A DNA stretch of 64,000 bases, taken from Candidatus Omnitrophota bacterium. Its GTDB lineage: Bacteria; Omnitrophota; Gorgyraeia; JABMRG01. The position numbers were made by a program, and so were the translations under genes. Where the stretch lies: NCBI GenBank assembly GCA_028716165.1, contig JAQUQI010000008.1:1919-65918 (forward strand), in the 5' to 3' direction. The notes beneath the pieces are model-generated. The model did no database searches. It was given only the letters and a program-made list of their open reading frames with translations, and had not been told where the DNA came from. Shown piece after piece: positions 20,476 to 31,083 of the stretch (positions are counted from its first letter, which is position 1; each line of letters starts with the position of its first letter).

Positions 20476-21642
20476 TTACAAATAATCTTCTCTTACAAGA
20501 AAGGCCGCTGATTCTATGTGTTTTGTCCGGGAAAACATATCAAAACAGGCAACACGCTCCAATCTCCAGGCTTTTGAGGCTGTTAAGGATTTTAAATCGC
20601 GGGCCAATGTTGCCGGGTGGCAAGATATATAATACAATGAATCCGTGTCTTTTAACCCGTTTAATAAAGAAACCATTTCCGGGCTAATGCCCGAACGCGG
20701 AGGGTCAACAAGAACGGCATTCCTCTTACCGTGGAATTTATCGTAAACTGCCTTTAGCTTATCTTGGGCATTGCCGCAGTAGAACTTGACATTATCAGCC
20801 GATAAATCTTTTTTGGATATAACAGCACAGTCTATCGCGAGAGGATCATTATCAATACCAATAACGGCTTTAAACAAACTCCTTAACATCAGGCCGAAAA
20901 AGCCGGTTCCGCAATAAACATCAAATAAAACCAACGGGTCATTTTTGCGCATCTGTCCGCCAAGCCAGTTCATTATATCTATTGCCGCCGCGCGGTTTAC
21001 CTGTGAAAATGCCATTGGAGAAAATGTAAGCCGCGTGCCGAGAAAATCATCTTTAAAAAATCTATGGCCCGCTCTTTGGCTTATCCAAGTATTGCCGATA
21101 TTATCACGCTTTATCGTGATGTCTTTTTTACGGTCCGCGGGGGATAGTTTCAAAATGGCGTCGTTAATCTCATCGCATGCGATAGGACACAGGGTGATAG
21201 CCACTATACTGCTGTTATCTTTGGAAAAAAACCCGTACCCGTCATCCGAGCTGTGGACTGTTACAGAGCTTCGGTAATTATATCCCGGCGGATAGGAAAC
21301 AATATCCTCCAAAACATAACCTTGACAGCACCCTATCCTGTCTAATATCTGTTTTACCTGCTCACCCTTATAAAAAACTTCTCTTTCATAGGCCAGGTGC
21401 TGGTATTGACAGCCTCCGCATTTTTCATAATACGGGCAAACAGGCATTACGCGTTCGGGTGAAGGTTTGATTATGTCGGCGACCTGTCCTGTGATAAAAC
21501 GCCCTTTGTCAGCAAGCCTTTTAAATAAAACATGTTCGCCCGGGAGCGCGCCCTCTATGAAGCAGACCTTGCCGTCTATCCTGCCGACACCGGCACCGCC
21601 ATAAGAAACTCCGTCAATATCAATCTCTTGCAGTTTTTCCAT
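20476..21642 (-). CDS. rlmD: 23S rRNA (uracil-5-)-methyltransferase RlmD/RumA
   Basis: 388 aa. TRAM-like N-terminus, Cys cluster (CPYYEKCGGCQYQH), and a SAM methyltransferase with LVDPPRSG. Confidence 0.85.
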   Translation of the reverse strand: MEKLQEIDIDGVSYGGAGVGRIDGKVCFIEGALPGEHVLFKRLADKGRFITGQVADIIKPSPERVMPVCPYYEKCGGCQYQHLAYEREVFYKGEQVKQILDRIGCCQGYVLEDIVSYPPGYNYRSSVTVHSSDDGYGFFSKDNSSIVAITLCPIACDEINDAILKLSPADRKKDITIKRDNIGNTWISQRAGHRFFKDDFLGTRLTFSPMAFSQVNRAAAIDIMNWLGGQMRKNDPLVLFDVYCGTGFFGLMLRSLFKAVIGIDNDPLAIDCAVISKKDLSADNVKFYCGNAQDKLKAVYDKFHGKRNAVLVDPPRSGISPEMVSLLNGLKDTDSLYYISCHPATLARDLKSLTASKAWRLERVACFDMFSRTKHIESAAFLVREDYL

Positions 21643-21797
21643 ATAAAAATAACTCCTATCTCCTTTTGAGCGCTGTAAAATGCTTACCGGGTATTAATAT
21701 TTGTAAATCAATATAACATGAAAATTCCGGCGAAACTTTGATTTTATCGCCTGTCGGTAGAATATGGTTTAAAAACAAAAACCCTCTGCGAAAAGAA

Positions 21798-22421
21798 CTA
21801 TTTACCATACATGAGTTTAAGTTGTTCAACGGACGGAAAAACCGGATACCATTCCCCTTGAGGCCCTGTAAAACCATCCTTATATTTTTTTAACACAATG
21901 GCAGTATAGGTGGCATCTGAATTTATGATATTTATCGTATACGCGTCCTGCCGCAGGCAGGCTTCAGCCCCCAAACCATGCTCGGTTTCATACGAGACGA
22001 CATAAGGTATAGTAACTTCATATACAGGCTTTTCCACTACAATATAGCCCTTCTTTGCGGCAGTATAATACGTGTTGTTGTAATAGTAATATCTGGTATT
22101 ATTAACAAAAACGGTTTTGCATCCGGCGGGCAACTTTTCAATCACCATGCCGACCGGGGCCTGGACAATTATGTATCCGTAAGGCATTTCTTCATAAAAA
22201 TATCCCCGGTCACAATATAATCTCCTGCCGGCATAAATTATGGCTTCGGCAATCATGCCAGATAATGCCGCGGGCCTGCCCCAATAAGGATGCCGGTCAT
22301 GGCGTAGCGGCCGGTAATGAATAGGGCCTTTTGCCGCCAAAGCCTGTGACGAACCGGTGAACGCGATTATGAGAATAAGAACAGCGATTACGACAATTTT
22401 TATTGCTCGCTTATCTTCCAT
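21798..22421 (-). CDS. hypothetical secreted Tyr-rich protein
   Basis: 207 aa. Signal peptide. No recognised domain. Confidence 0.4.
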   Translation of the reverse strand: MEDKRAIKIVVIAVLILIIAFTGSSQALAAKGPIHYRPLRHDRHPYWGRPAALSGMIAEAIIYAGRRLYCDRGYFYEEMPYGYIIVQAPVGMVIEKLPAGCKTVFVNNTRYYYYNNTYYTAAKKGYIVVEKPVYEVTIPYVVSYETEHGLGAEACLRQDAYTINIINSDATYTAIVLKKYKDGFTGPQGEWYPVFPSVEQLKLMYGK

Positions 22422-22468
22422 TTTTCCTCCTTATATCAGGTAAAAAATCTAATTTATTACCATTACCC

Positions 22469-22972
22469 TTATCCCCCGATACCTGTTTCGGACACATCCT
22501 TGGCCGGTTCTTGATCTTTGTCCCGGCAGGGGACAAAACAGCGCCTGCGGTCAAATTCCTTTAATAATTTCCTGAACTCGGCCTGTTGTTGACTGGTAAG
22601 AATATCCATTATTTCTTTATCGGATCCATCTTTTACCACCAGTATGGAACTGCGCACATCTCGGCTTATCGCATCTATCTGCCGGCGCGTCTTATCCAGT
22701 ATAACCTTTACCCTGATCTGCTGATCGCGGTCAAGCCCAAGCCTTGTTGTCAACATAGCAAAAAGCCGGTCTTCGCGCTTGTCCGGCGCCTGTGGCATCT
22801 TATCCTGATATTGCCACATAAAACGCCGGGCCTTTTCTGAAAAGCCGGCTTTTTGAGGGAAATGACCGCCCAAATCCAGCCTTGAGGTTATGCCGGCGCC
22901 TACTAATACGCCTGCTAGCGCGCATAATACTCCGAATACCGATACATACACAATGTCCTTATTCATATACAC
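22469..22972 (-). CDS. periplasmic LTXXQ-motif protein (CpxP/Spy/ZraP-like)
   Basis: 167 aa. N-terminal TM/signal, then LTTRLGLDRDQQ and LTSQQQAEF LTXXQ-type motifs. Immediately downstream of the sigma/anti-sigma pair. Confidence 0.5.
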   Translation of the reverse strand: MYMNKDIVYVSVFGVLCALAGVLVGAGITSRLDLGGHFPQKAGFSEKARRFMWQYQDKMPQAPDKREDRLFAMLTTRLGLDRDQQIRVKVILDKTRRQIDAISRDVRSSILVVKDGSDKEIMDILTSQQQAEFRKLLKEFDRRRCFVPCRDKDQEPAKDVSETGIGG

Positions 22973-22980
22973 CTCCTTGT

Positions 22981-23424
22981 TTAATCACCAGCGTCCAAAA
23001 TAAGTTCTAAAACCGACTCTGTTGTCGCGGGAACGCCCTTTAAAATATTTTCATATAGTAAATAATCGTCTGACCGGAAATAAAATGAAGACAATAGCAG
23101 TAAAACGGCCGAAAAAAGAAAAGCGGCCGCGGGTACAGGCATAAGCCGGCGGGCAATATACCCTATGTTTGATATTGAGAATCCAGCTCCGGCAGATTGC
23201 CTATCCCGCAATTTATCACGTAATAATTCAAATATATAACCCGGCGGGAGACTTTTCTTCTGCGCCTTTGATATAAAATCTTTCGCGGATAAAAGCCTTT
23301 TTAATTCATGGCGGCAATCAAGACAGGTCTCTATGTGGCTGTTTACAAAAGCAACGTCTGAAGAATCGGCTTCTTCATCAATGAATCGGGACAAAAGTCT
23401 TTTCACGCGCGCGCAATCTTTCAT
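22981..23424 (-). CDS. zinc-binding anti-sigma factor (ZAS-type) with C-terminal TM
   Basis: 147 aa. HIETCLDCRHEL (HxxxCxxC) motif. Overlaps the ECF sigma gene by 4 nt. Confidence 0.6.
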   Translation of the reverse strand: MKDCARVKRLLSRFIDEEADSSDVAFVNSHIETCLDCRHELKRLLSAKDFISKAQKKSLPPGYIFELLRDKLRDRQSAGAGFSISNIGYIARRLMPVPAAAFLFSAVLLLLSSFYFRSDDYLLYENILKGVPATTESVLELILDAGD

Positions 23425-23969
23425 ACAGCCTCACCTCCTAATCTGCCTAATACCTTTTTAAGGCACTGCCTTGCCCTGTATATCCTGGATTCCACTGTGC
23501 CTATACTGCAGCACAATATCCTTGATATGTCTTTATAGCTTAGGCCCTCAATATCCTTGAGCACCAATGCGGCCCTGAATTTGACCGGGACATCCTCCAA
23601 AGCCTTGCTGACTATTAATCCTTCCTCCTTTAAAGACAAGGCCTTCCTCGGATCGGCCTGCCCTGATACGCTTTCCTTAATTGAATTCTCATCCTGAATA
23701 GCGTTTCGTCTTTTCCTTAAGAAATCATAGGTAAGATTAACAATTATACGGTAAAACCACGTTGAAAAACTACTGTTCCTATTAAACCCTTTTAGATTGT
23801 GATACACCCTTAAAAAAGCCTCCTGCATAATGTCTTCGCTTTCTCCATCGCGGCCAATAAGCGAATAAATAATATTTAATGCTCTATCCTGGTATTTTCG
23901 CACAAGCATCTCAAACCCAGTAATATCGCCTGATAAAAAACGATCTATATAGAGGCTGTCTTCTTTCAT
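23421..23969 (-). CDS. ECF (sigma-70 family) RNA polymerase sigma factor
   Basis: 182 aa. Region 2 (DIMQEAFLRVYHNL) and region 4 (LSYKDISRILCCSIGTVESRIYRARQCLKK). Confidence 0.8.
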   Translation of the reverse strand: MKEDSLYIDRFLSGDITGFEMLVRKYQDRALNIIYSLIGRDGESEDIMQEAFLRVYHNLKGFNRNSSFSTWFYRIIVNLTYDFLRKRRNAIQDENSIKESVSGQADPRKALSLKEEGLIVSKALEDVPVKFRAALVLKDIEGLSYKDISRILCCSIGTVESRIYRARQCLKKVLGRLGGEAV

Positions 23970-24209
23970 GTCGTCTCTCGGGTATTAGACGTTATAATTG
24001 CGCATTTATTCCCAAAAATTTTTGTCCGATATTATTGCGAGCGGGGTTTTAATCCCGGCATTTTTGACAATATAAAAGATAAGGTGTTTTAGGCAAGGCT
24101 TGCGATAATTGCCAATAACCAAGCTCTACGCGGAAATAAACTCATAAAACACACCGGCCAGCCAATTAGACAAAGAACCGGCTTTTTGACCTCGGGAAAC
24201 CTTACGGTG

Positions 24210-25661
24210 TTAAGACAACATATCGTTTAACAATGCCAAATCGCGCTTATTGGCAAGCGCTAAAATAACGTCTCCCCCCTCAAGTACCGTAGACCCCTTT
24301 GGTATGATAAATTTACCGTCACGGGAGACAAGCATGACCAGCAGGTCATTTGGAATGCTCAAATCGCCTATCTTTTTTCCCACAGCGCCTGAACCATAAG
24401 GAACTATTACGTCGGCAAGATCGGCATCAATTGAATCTGTTTTTTCAAATTCTATAGGGTAATTTATTTTTTTATACGCAGGTTCACACAATTGCAATGC
24501 CCTTGATACGAAAGGCACGGATGTGCCCTGTATAAGCACTGAAGCAAAGACCACAAAAAATACAACATTAAAAATGGTGTCAGCCCTGCCGATACCGGAA
24601 ACAAAAGGCATCGTAGCCAATATAATCGGCACAGAACCTCTTAATCCGACCCATGATACCATAATCTTTTCTCTCAAACTCATTTTAAAAGGCCATAAAC
24701 ATAAAAACACGCTTACAGGCCGCGCGATGACCATCAAGAGCAGTGTAAGCAATAGACCGGAACCTATCAGCGGCACAATATGCGAGGGATAAACGAGCAG
24801 GCCCAGCATGACAAACATTACGATTTGCATAAGCCATGCCAACCCATCGTGGAATTTCATCATCATCTTTTTATTTGGGAACTCCGACTTAGACAGCATC
24901 AGGCCGAGTATATATACCGCGAGAAAACCGCTGCCTTTTAAAAATATCGTAACCGAATACGTTAAAAGAACCAATGACACCAGGATAACCGGGTAAAGAC
25001 CTTCATATCCCAGCTTTAAACGTTTGATGAGATAGATAATAAATTTTGACACAAAGATACCGCTCAATGCCCCGACACCCATATTTAATACAAATCTTGG
25101 GATAAAAATATAAGGGCTCATATCTTTGGCGGTTAATAGGCTGATAAAACATACCGTCAAAAATATGGCCATAGGGTCATTGCTGCCCGATTCAAATTCA
25201 AGTAAAGGCTTTAAGGGTTCTTTAAGCCTTATGCGTTTTGACCTAAGGACGCCAAACACGGCCGCGGCATCGGTTGATGATACGATAGAACCAATAAGCA
25301 TGGCCTCAAGGAAAGAAAACTTCAGTATGCGCATGGCAAACAAACCCGTAAGCAAGGCGGTGATTAAAACCCCGGCCGTTGACAACACCATACCGGGCTT
25401 GATTATAGGCTTGATATCCGACCATTTGGTGTCAAATCCTCCCGCAAAAATTATGAAAACAAGCGCGACAAGACCGGCGGACTCGGCTATGCGGGCATTG
25501 CCAAAACCAACCCCGCCCACTCCTTCCGAACCCGCAAGCATGCCTACGCCTAAAAATAGCAACAATACGGGTATGGAAAATTTGTCGGAGAGCTTGCTTG
25601 AGACAACGCTCACAAATATCAACGCGGCAACCCATAATAAAACAGTATTAATGGACATCAT
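24210..25661 (-). CDS. K+/H+ (CPA1, NhaP2-type) antiporter with C-terminal TrkA-C (RCK_C) domain
   Basis: 483 aa. Multi-TM Na_H exchanger fold plus a C-terminal …GSTVLEGGDVILALA… RCK_C. Confidence 0.75.
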   Translation of the reverse strand: MMSINTVLLWVAALIFVSVVSSKLSDKFSIPVLLLFLGVGMLAGSEGVGGVGFGNARIAESAGLVALVFIIFAGGFDTKWSDIKPIIKPGMVLSTAGVLITALLTGLFAMRILKFSFLEAMLIGSIVSSTDAAAVFGVLRSKRIRLKEPLKPLLEFESGSNDPMAIFLTVCFISLLTAKDMSPYIFIPRFVLNMGVGALSGIFVSKFIIYLIKRLKLGYEGLYPVILVSLVLLTYSVTIFLKGSGFLAVYILGLMLSKSEFPNKKMMMKFHDGLAWLMQIVMFVMLGLLVYPSHIVPLIGSGLLLTLLLMVIARPVSVFLCLWPFKMSLREKIMVSWVGLRGSVPIILATMPFVSGIGRADTIFNVVFFVVFASVLIQGTSVPFVSRALQLCEPAYKKINYPIEFEKTDSIDADLADVIVPYGSGAVGKKIGDLSIPNDLLVMLVSRDGKFIIPKGSTVLEGGDVILALANKRDLALLNDMLS

Positions 25662-25691
25662 TTTAAAAATTATCCTTACCGGACAGACAGC

Positions 25692-26933
25692 CTATTCGGC
25701 TTGCTTTGCGCCTGTCTCAACAATAACCTCATGTACTCTTGACCTGCAAATTTTCCTGGTGATAAACGTGCTGTCTTTATACTTTAATCTGTCCTCAACC
25801 TTAGGCATACTGCCAAAAAGCTCCAAGAGCCACTCGTTTACCGTAATATCCATATCCGGGACATCCAAACCAGTTGACTCTTTAAGCATTCGTAATTTCA
25901 AGCCTCCTCCGGCCAAAAACCTGTTACCCGCTATCTGGTAAAAATACGCGGGCAGGACATCGTATTCATCCTGCATATCACCCATTATCAGTTCCATAAC
26001 ATCTTCCAGAGTGACGAGGCCGGCTACTTCATTCTTACGATTTCTGACTATTGCTATGTGCTGGTAACCCTTTATCAGCCTGTTAAGCAAAACGGATATC
26101 GGTTCGTCATCGCCTATTTCCATAACAGGCCTGACGATGCTTTTTATTGAAGGGTCTTTCGGATTAAATTGCAAAGCGCTGACAATATCCTTAAAATTTA
26201 TATAGCCTATCACATTGTTGATATCATTGCCGTTGATAAGAGGTAAGCGCGTATGGTGGTGCACATGGGCCTCAATAAGCGCCTGCGTCAATGTCATATC
26301 GGTTGACAAATACTTGATCTCTTCTTTAGAAATCACAACGTCTTTTACCTTCATGCCCGATAACCTTAAAGTCTGCGACAATATTCTTTCCTGGTCCTTG
26401 CTTATCATGTTATTAAAAGCGGCAAACCTGGCAAGCACGGAAATATCTTCCGTTGCGTTCATCCGGGCACCTTTGACAGCCGGTGATTCAAAAGGTCGGT
26501 TTAACCATTGGACCATCCGGACAAGCGGAGTAAACGCATATATCAAATATCTTAAAGGCAGGGCAGTCATCACGGCTATCTTTGTATTGTATCTGACCCC
26601 CAGGGTCTTGGGCAGTATTTCCGACCACTGTATCATGGCGAATGAAAATACAAGCGAATACAGCATGATCCATTTGGGCCCGAAAAGCTGGCTGAATTTG
26701 GCGCCAAATAAAGACGCTCCTATTGTGTGGGACAGGGTATTAATAATAAGTATAACAGCTATGGGCCCCTGGACCTTTTCTTTAAACCCTTTCCATATTT
26801 TCGCCGCCATTGGCTTCTTATCGGATATTCTGGCAATATCGGCAAGGGACAAACTCAACAGGCAGGCTTCAACCACCGAGCACACAAATGATATGCCGAT
26901 AGCAAGCCCGATAATAACAAAAAAACTCAACAT
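25692..26933 (-). CDS. CNNM/CorC-family (DUF21-CBS-CorC_HlyC) transporter
   Basis: 413 aa. DUF21 TM domain, CBS pair, and a C-terminal transporter-associated domain. Confidence 0.8.
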   Translation of the reverse strand: MLSFFVIIGLAIGISFVCSVVEACLLSLSLADIARISDKKPMAAKIWKGFKEKVQGPIAVILIINTLSHTIGASLFGAKFSQLFGPKWIMLYSLVFSFAMIQWSEILPKTLGVRYNTKIAVMTALPLRYLIYAFTPLVRMVQWLNRPFESPAVKGARMNATEDISVLARFAAFNNMISKDQERILSQTLRLSGMKVKDVVISKEEIKYLSTDMTLTQALIEAHVHHHTRLPLINGNDINNVIGYINFKDIVSALQFNPKDPSIKSIVRPVMEIGDDEPISVLLNRLIKGYQHIAIVRNRKNEVAGLVTLEDVMELIMGDMQDEYDVLPAYFYQIAGNRFLAGGGLKLRMLKESTGLDVPDMDITVNEWLLELFGSMPKVEDRLKYKDSTFITRKICRSRVHEVIVETGAKQAE

Positions 26934-26987
26934 AGTGTTCCGCCTTTACAGTCCATAATGCGGTAAAAAAATAATAGCGCTAACCGG

Positions 26988-27632
26988 TCAATTTAGGTAT
27001 TTTTCCAGCTCCGCCATAGTTTTATCGCCTGCTATACCGTCAACCTTTAAGCCTTTGGAATTCTGAAACAGTCTGATCGCCGCCTTGCTCTGCGGACCTA
27101 TCTTGCCGTCAATATTGCCTTCATAGAAACCCGCTTTTCTCAAGGCGATCTGTATCTGCTTGTTTCTGTTTCCGTAAACCACCGGTTTATCAGTTTTGGT
27201 CTCTGCCTCCGTCGTAACGGCCAATTCCTCTTTTTTTTCGTTTTCCGGCAAGGTCCCTGACGCCGCGGCAGCGGTATCCGTGATAATCTGGGAGCGCAGT
27301 TTTTCTTGTTCTATCTCCAAAGCGCGCCAAGTGCCCAGATCCACGATGCCGTTAGGGCAAAGCCCGTGCTTGGACTGGAACCTTTTTACCGCTTTGCGTG
27401 TTTGCGCGTCTAAAATACCGTTTTCAGAACCAGGGTCAAGATTTGCCCCTCTTAAAAGAAATTGGATATTCTCCACAAAAATATTATATTTGTCAACAGC
27501 ACCTATAACCTGTTCTTCTTCTATCAAAGCCTTCCTTTGAGCAGACAAACCGTTTATACGGTAAAAAACAAATACGCATAACAAAAACACAACAAAACCT
27601 GCCAAAACATACACAGACACCTTGCCGCGCAT
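26988..27632 (-). CDS. membrane-anchored protein with two peptidoglycan-binding (PG_binding_1) domains
   Basis: 214 aa. Contains …AVKRFQSKHGLCPNGIVDLGTWRAL… and …AIRLFQNSKGLKVDGIAGDKTMAEL…. Confidence 0.7.
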   Translation of the reverse strand: MRGKVSVYVLAGFVVFLLCVFVFYRINGLSAQRKALIEEEQVIGAVDKYNIFVENIQFLLRGANLDPGSENGILDAQTRKAVKRFQSKHGLCPNGIVDLGTWRALEIEQEKLRSQIITDTAAAASGTLPENEKKEELAVTTEAETKTDKPVVYGNRNKQIQIALRKAGFYEGNIDGKIGPQSKAAIRLFQNSKGLKVDGIAGDKTMAELEKYLN

Positions 27633-27668
27633 TTTCCTCTCCTTGCCGCTTATTATGCGGCATGTTAA

Positions 27669-28334
27669 TCAACTAGTCCTACGTGCTGATGACGGTTTGT
27701 CCGCGTCAATACGCAGCCCACCGTCATGTTCTATTTTGATTGTGTAGACCATGCCCGGGACAAATCTTGTCCCAGGGGCCTCAATTTGAGCGTTTTTAAT
27801 GCCCATGGCTTGAGATTTGGCCGGATCAAGAGCGTATTCCCAAAATCTCTTCCACACCTTTTCCTGAAAACCCCGGGACAGGCCTTCAATCCTATAACCG
27901 GAAGGGATATCATTAACTCCGGTAATGTTAAATACCTCGGCACCGGTATCTGTAAGAGTAAACACTTTCATAAAAAGATAGATGCTCTTTCCTCTAAGCG
28001 GGTCTGCTTTTTTAACATAAGAATCGCTAAATCTTACTACAAGCGATTGAAATTGTATCAGGTCATTTGAAAATGTAAAGTATTTTGGGTCAAGGGGTTT
28101 TAGGTTTGTGTCGTATTCTACAAACCGTATGGTAACGCGAGGTTTTGACAAGCCGGTAACGGTTTTGACGTCGCAAACTGTTACTTCAGCGACCCGCGAA
28201 TCCGCCGTCAGGCGTTGGGTAAACACCTTGAAAAAACGAGCTTCGTTTTGGGTGTATATCCATTGCGCCAAAAATATTGCCGCAACAGCAATAATTATCA
28301 ATACGAAAAATTTTGGTACAACATGATATTTCAT
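27669..28334 (-). CDS. hypothetical membrane-anchored protein
   Basis: 221 aa. N-terminal TM. No recognised domain. Confidence 0.4.
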   Translation of the reverse strand: MKYHVVPKFFVLIIIAVAAIFLAQWIYTQNEARFFKVFTQRLTADSRVAEVTVCDVKTVTGLSKPRVTIRFVEYDTNLKPLDPKYFTFSNDLIQFQSLVVRFSDSYVKKADPLRGKSIYLFMKVFTLTDTGAEVFNITGVNDIPSGYRIEGLSRGFQEKVWKRFWEYALDPAKSQAMGIKNAQIEAPGTRFVPGMVYTIKIEHDGGLRIDADKPSSARRTS

Positions 28335-28779
28335 GAAACATTAACCGGTATTAATCTTTTTAGATATTTTTGCCAAAAAACGGCTTTTACGAAAAAATTA
28401 AAAATAGTTGCTACTTACGAAGATCAAAAACAACAGGCGTTCTGGTTTTGGGTATCTCAAGGCTCTGCGTAAACACGGCATACCAGCTAATATTTATTAT
28501 ATAACACGCGGGCTAAATAGCAAGAAATATCGGCGGAGATATCCAGCGGGTATTAAGCGGCTGCCAAGGCAAGATGTAAACTCGTAATAAATCTAAGCGC
28601 GATACCCAAACATCGGGATCTTTATAAAATCCGGATACCGGCTCCGGGGGTAGCAAAACAGCGGCAAATCCCCCCCATTACCGGTACAATTTCTATTGTT
28701 ACGATTTTGACGGCAAAAATCGTTTTTATATAAAAATGTCTTGACCGGCAACCGCTATGTTTTTGTCATGGCTTACCGG

Positions 28780-29460
28780 CTATTGCTGACCGTTTTTTAA
28801 AGCCATGGGATTGTGCTTTACCGTTTTCGCCTTTACCATATATATTACATCTTCGGCTATATACGTCGCGTGATCACATATCCTTTCAAGGTGACGGGAT
28901 ATAAGAATAAGAGGTATCGCGCGAGGGGCGCACAAAGCGTCCTTTGTTATGTAATCATCAATTATTTCGCGGTATATAACGTTTCTTATGGTATCGGCTT
29001 CGGGGTCAAGCAGGATCACGCTTTTGGCAAGCTGTTCATTCCTCTGTACAAAAGCGTCTATTGCCTCTCTTACCATTTTCCGTGCTATATCAGAAAGCCT
29101 CGGAATATCAACAAGAGGCTTAAGCGGCGGCTTGTCGTATATCTCCAATACCCTTTGGCATATATTGACCGCGAGATCCGCGATACGTTCAAGTTCGGCG
29201 TTTATCTTCATACCTGTCGTGATAAAACGCAAGTCAGAGGCCATGGGCTGACGCAGGGCAAGCAAAGCTATGGACCTTTCTTCAATAATAAGCTCCAATT
29301 TGTCTATCTGCTTATCGCTGCTAATCACCGCCTTCGCCGTATCTTCGCTCTGGGCCTTGAGCGCCTGTATTGATTTGAAAATAGCCTCTTCGGTCAAAGC
29401 GGCCATTTTCAGCAATTCATTATTAAGTATTTTAAGTTCGTCGTCAAAATGTTTTGACAT
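28780..29460 (-). CDS. phoU: phosphate signalling regulator PhoU
   Basis: 226 aa. Two PhoU repeats. Immediately downstream of pstB. Confidence 0.9.
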   Translation of the reverse strand: MSKHFDDELKILNNELLKMAALTEEAIFKSIQALKAQSEDTAKAVISSDKQIDKLELIIEERSIALLALRQPMASDLRFITTGMKINAELERIADLAVNICQRVLEIYDKPPLKPLVDIPRLSDIARKMVREAIDAFVQRNEQLAKSVILLDPEADTIRNVIYREIIDDYITKDALCAPRAIPLILISRHLERICDHATYIAEDVIYMVKAKTVKHNPMALKNGQQ

Positions 29461-29480
29461 TTTTATTACCCTCTCTTTGC

Positions 29481-30248
29481 CTACCCAAACCTGCCTGTTA
29501 TATAATCTTCCGTAAGTTTGTTGGACGGTTTTGTAAACAATATTTTTGTCATGTCACATTCTATTAACCTGCCCAGATAAAAAAACGCTGTAAAATCGGA
29601 AACGCGCGCGGCCTGCTGCATATTATGCGTCACTATTATAATAGTATAGTTTTCCTTTAATTCAAGGATAAGTTCTTCTATCTTTGACGTTGAAATGGGG
29701 TCAAGGCTGGCACAAGGTTCGTCAAACAATATAACACGCGGCTCAACAACCATGCATCTGGCAATACACAGCCTCTGCTGCTGGCCGCCGGACAGGCTTA
29801 AAGCGCTGTCTTTGAGTCTGTCTTTGACCTCTTCCCAAAGCGCCGCCTTTTTTAACGCGAGCTCAACCTTTGATTCAATATAATCCCTGTCCCGGATACC
29901 GTTTATTTTCAGTCCGTAACTTATATTATCAAAAATACTTTTTGGAAAAGGGTTGGGCTTTTGGAATACCATGCCGACCATACGCCTTATATCCACCACA
30001 TCTATCCCCGGGCCGTAGATATCTTTTCCGTCTATCGTTATGCTACCTTTAAAAGTGCCGTTAGGCATCAAATCATTCATCCTATTTATCAGACGGATAA
30101 ATGTTGATTTACCGCAGCCCGAAGGTCCGATAATAGATGTTACGCGGTTATGCGGCGCCCGCATGCTTATATCCTTCAAGGCGTGTGATTTGCCATAAAA
30201 AAAATTCACGCCCTCAAATCTAATACCATTATCATGAAACATAAACAC
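29481..30248 (-). CDS. pstB: phosphate ABC transporter ATP-binding protein PstB
   Basis: 255 aa. Walker [13 protein letters not shown] signature LSGGQQQR, Walker B ILFDEP. Confidence 0.95.
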   Translation of the reverse strand: MFMFHDNGIRFEGVNFFYGKSHALKDISMRAPHNRVTSIIGPSGCGKSTFIRLINRMNDLMPNGTFKGSITIDGKDIYGPGIDVVDIRRMVGMVFQKPNPFPKSIFDNISYGLKINGIRDRDYIESKVELALKKAALWEEVKDRLKDSALSLSGGQQQRLCIARCMVVEPRVILFDEPCASLDPISTSKIEELILELKENYTIIIVTHNMQQAARVSDFTAFFYLGRLIECDMTKILFTKPSNKLTEDYITGRFG

Positions 30249-31083
30249 CTCTCTGCCTTTGTCTGATAATTATAGCTACTGCCGATATCGCCAGAACAAA
30301 GATCAAAAGTATGAAGGCGCACCCATAAGCTATCCTTGCCTGCTCAACGGGGTTTGTCCCTTCTGTCATGAGCGCGTATATGTGGTAGGGCAGGGCCATA
30401 ACCTCTGAAAAAATACTCCTGGGATACAAACGTGTATAAAAAGTTGCGGCAGTAAAAAGGATAGGTGCCGTCTCACCGGCAGCCCTGCCTACGCTTAGTA
30501 TCACTCCTGTCAGCATACCAGGTAAGGCCGTGGGAATAATAATCTTCTTAACGGTCTGCCAATGCGACGCCCCAAGGGCAAGGGACGCTTCCCTTAAAGA
30601 CTGGGGTACCGCGAATAACGATTCCTGGGCCGTTGAGATAATTCCCGGAAGTATCATCATGGCCAATGTCAGGCTGCCGGAAAGTATTGAAACGCCGAAA
30701 CCAAAAAACTTGACAAATACGGCCAGGCCAAAGAGCCCAAACACCACGGACGGCACCCCGGCAAGATTATTGATGCTTGCCCTTATAATATTGACCGTAA
30801 CATTTTTCGGGCTATATTCGCAAAGATACACGGCGCAGGCAATACCAAGCGGGAAAGCAAATAAGACTGCCCCGGAAGTAAGATAGACAGTACCTATAAT
30901 CGCGGGGGCAATGCCGCCTTTTGTCATACCGTCTCTCGGAAGTTGAGTAAGGAACTCCCAAGATATAGCGCCGCAGCCTCTTATTGAAATAAAGTAAACA
31001 ACGCTTCCAAGGAAAAAAATCGTAACAAGTATTGAAGCCATCAGAAAGGCGAATCCCAGTTTTTGGCTTATCTTCTTGTTCAT
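30232..31083 (-). CDS. pstA: phosphate ABC transporter permease PstA
   Basis: 283 aa. 6-TM permease. Overlaps pstB and pstC. Confidence 0.9.
   Translation of the reverse strand: MNKKISQKLGFAFLMASILVTIFFLGSVVYFISIRGCGAISWEFLTQLPRDGMTKGGIAPAIIGTVYLTSGAVLFAFPLGIACAVYLCEYSPKNVTVNIIRASINNLAGVPSVVFGLFGLAVFVKFFGFGVSILSGSLTLAMMILPGIISTAQESLFAVPQSLREASLALGASHWQTVKKIIIPTALPGMLTGVILSVGRAAGETAPILFTAATFYTRLYPRSIFSEVMALPYHIYALMTEGTNPVEQARIAYGCAFILLIFVLAISAVAIIIRQRQRGVYVS

Noticed and set aside
28215-28472. An 85-aa plus-strand ORF at the edge of the long phoU-distal intergenic gap.
   Set aside because: It overlaps the start of the minus-strand gene 27669-28334, and its translation is implausible.
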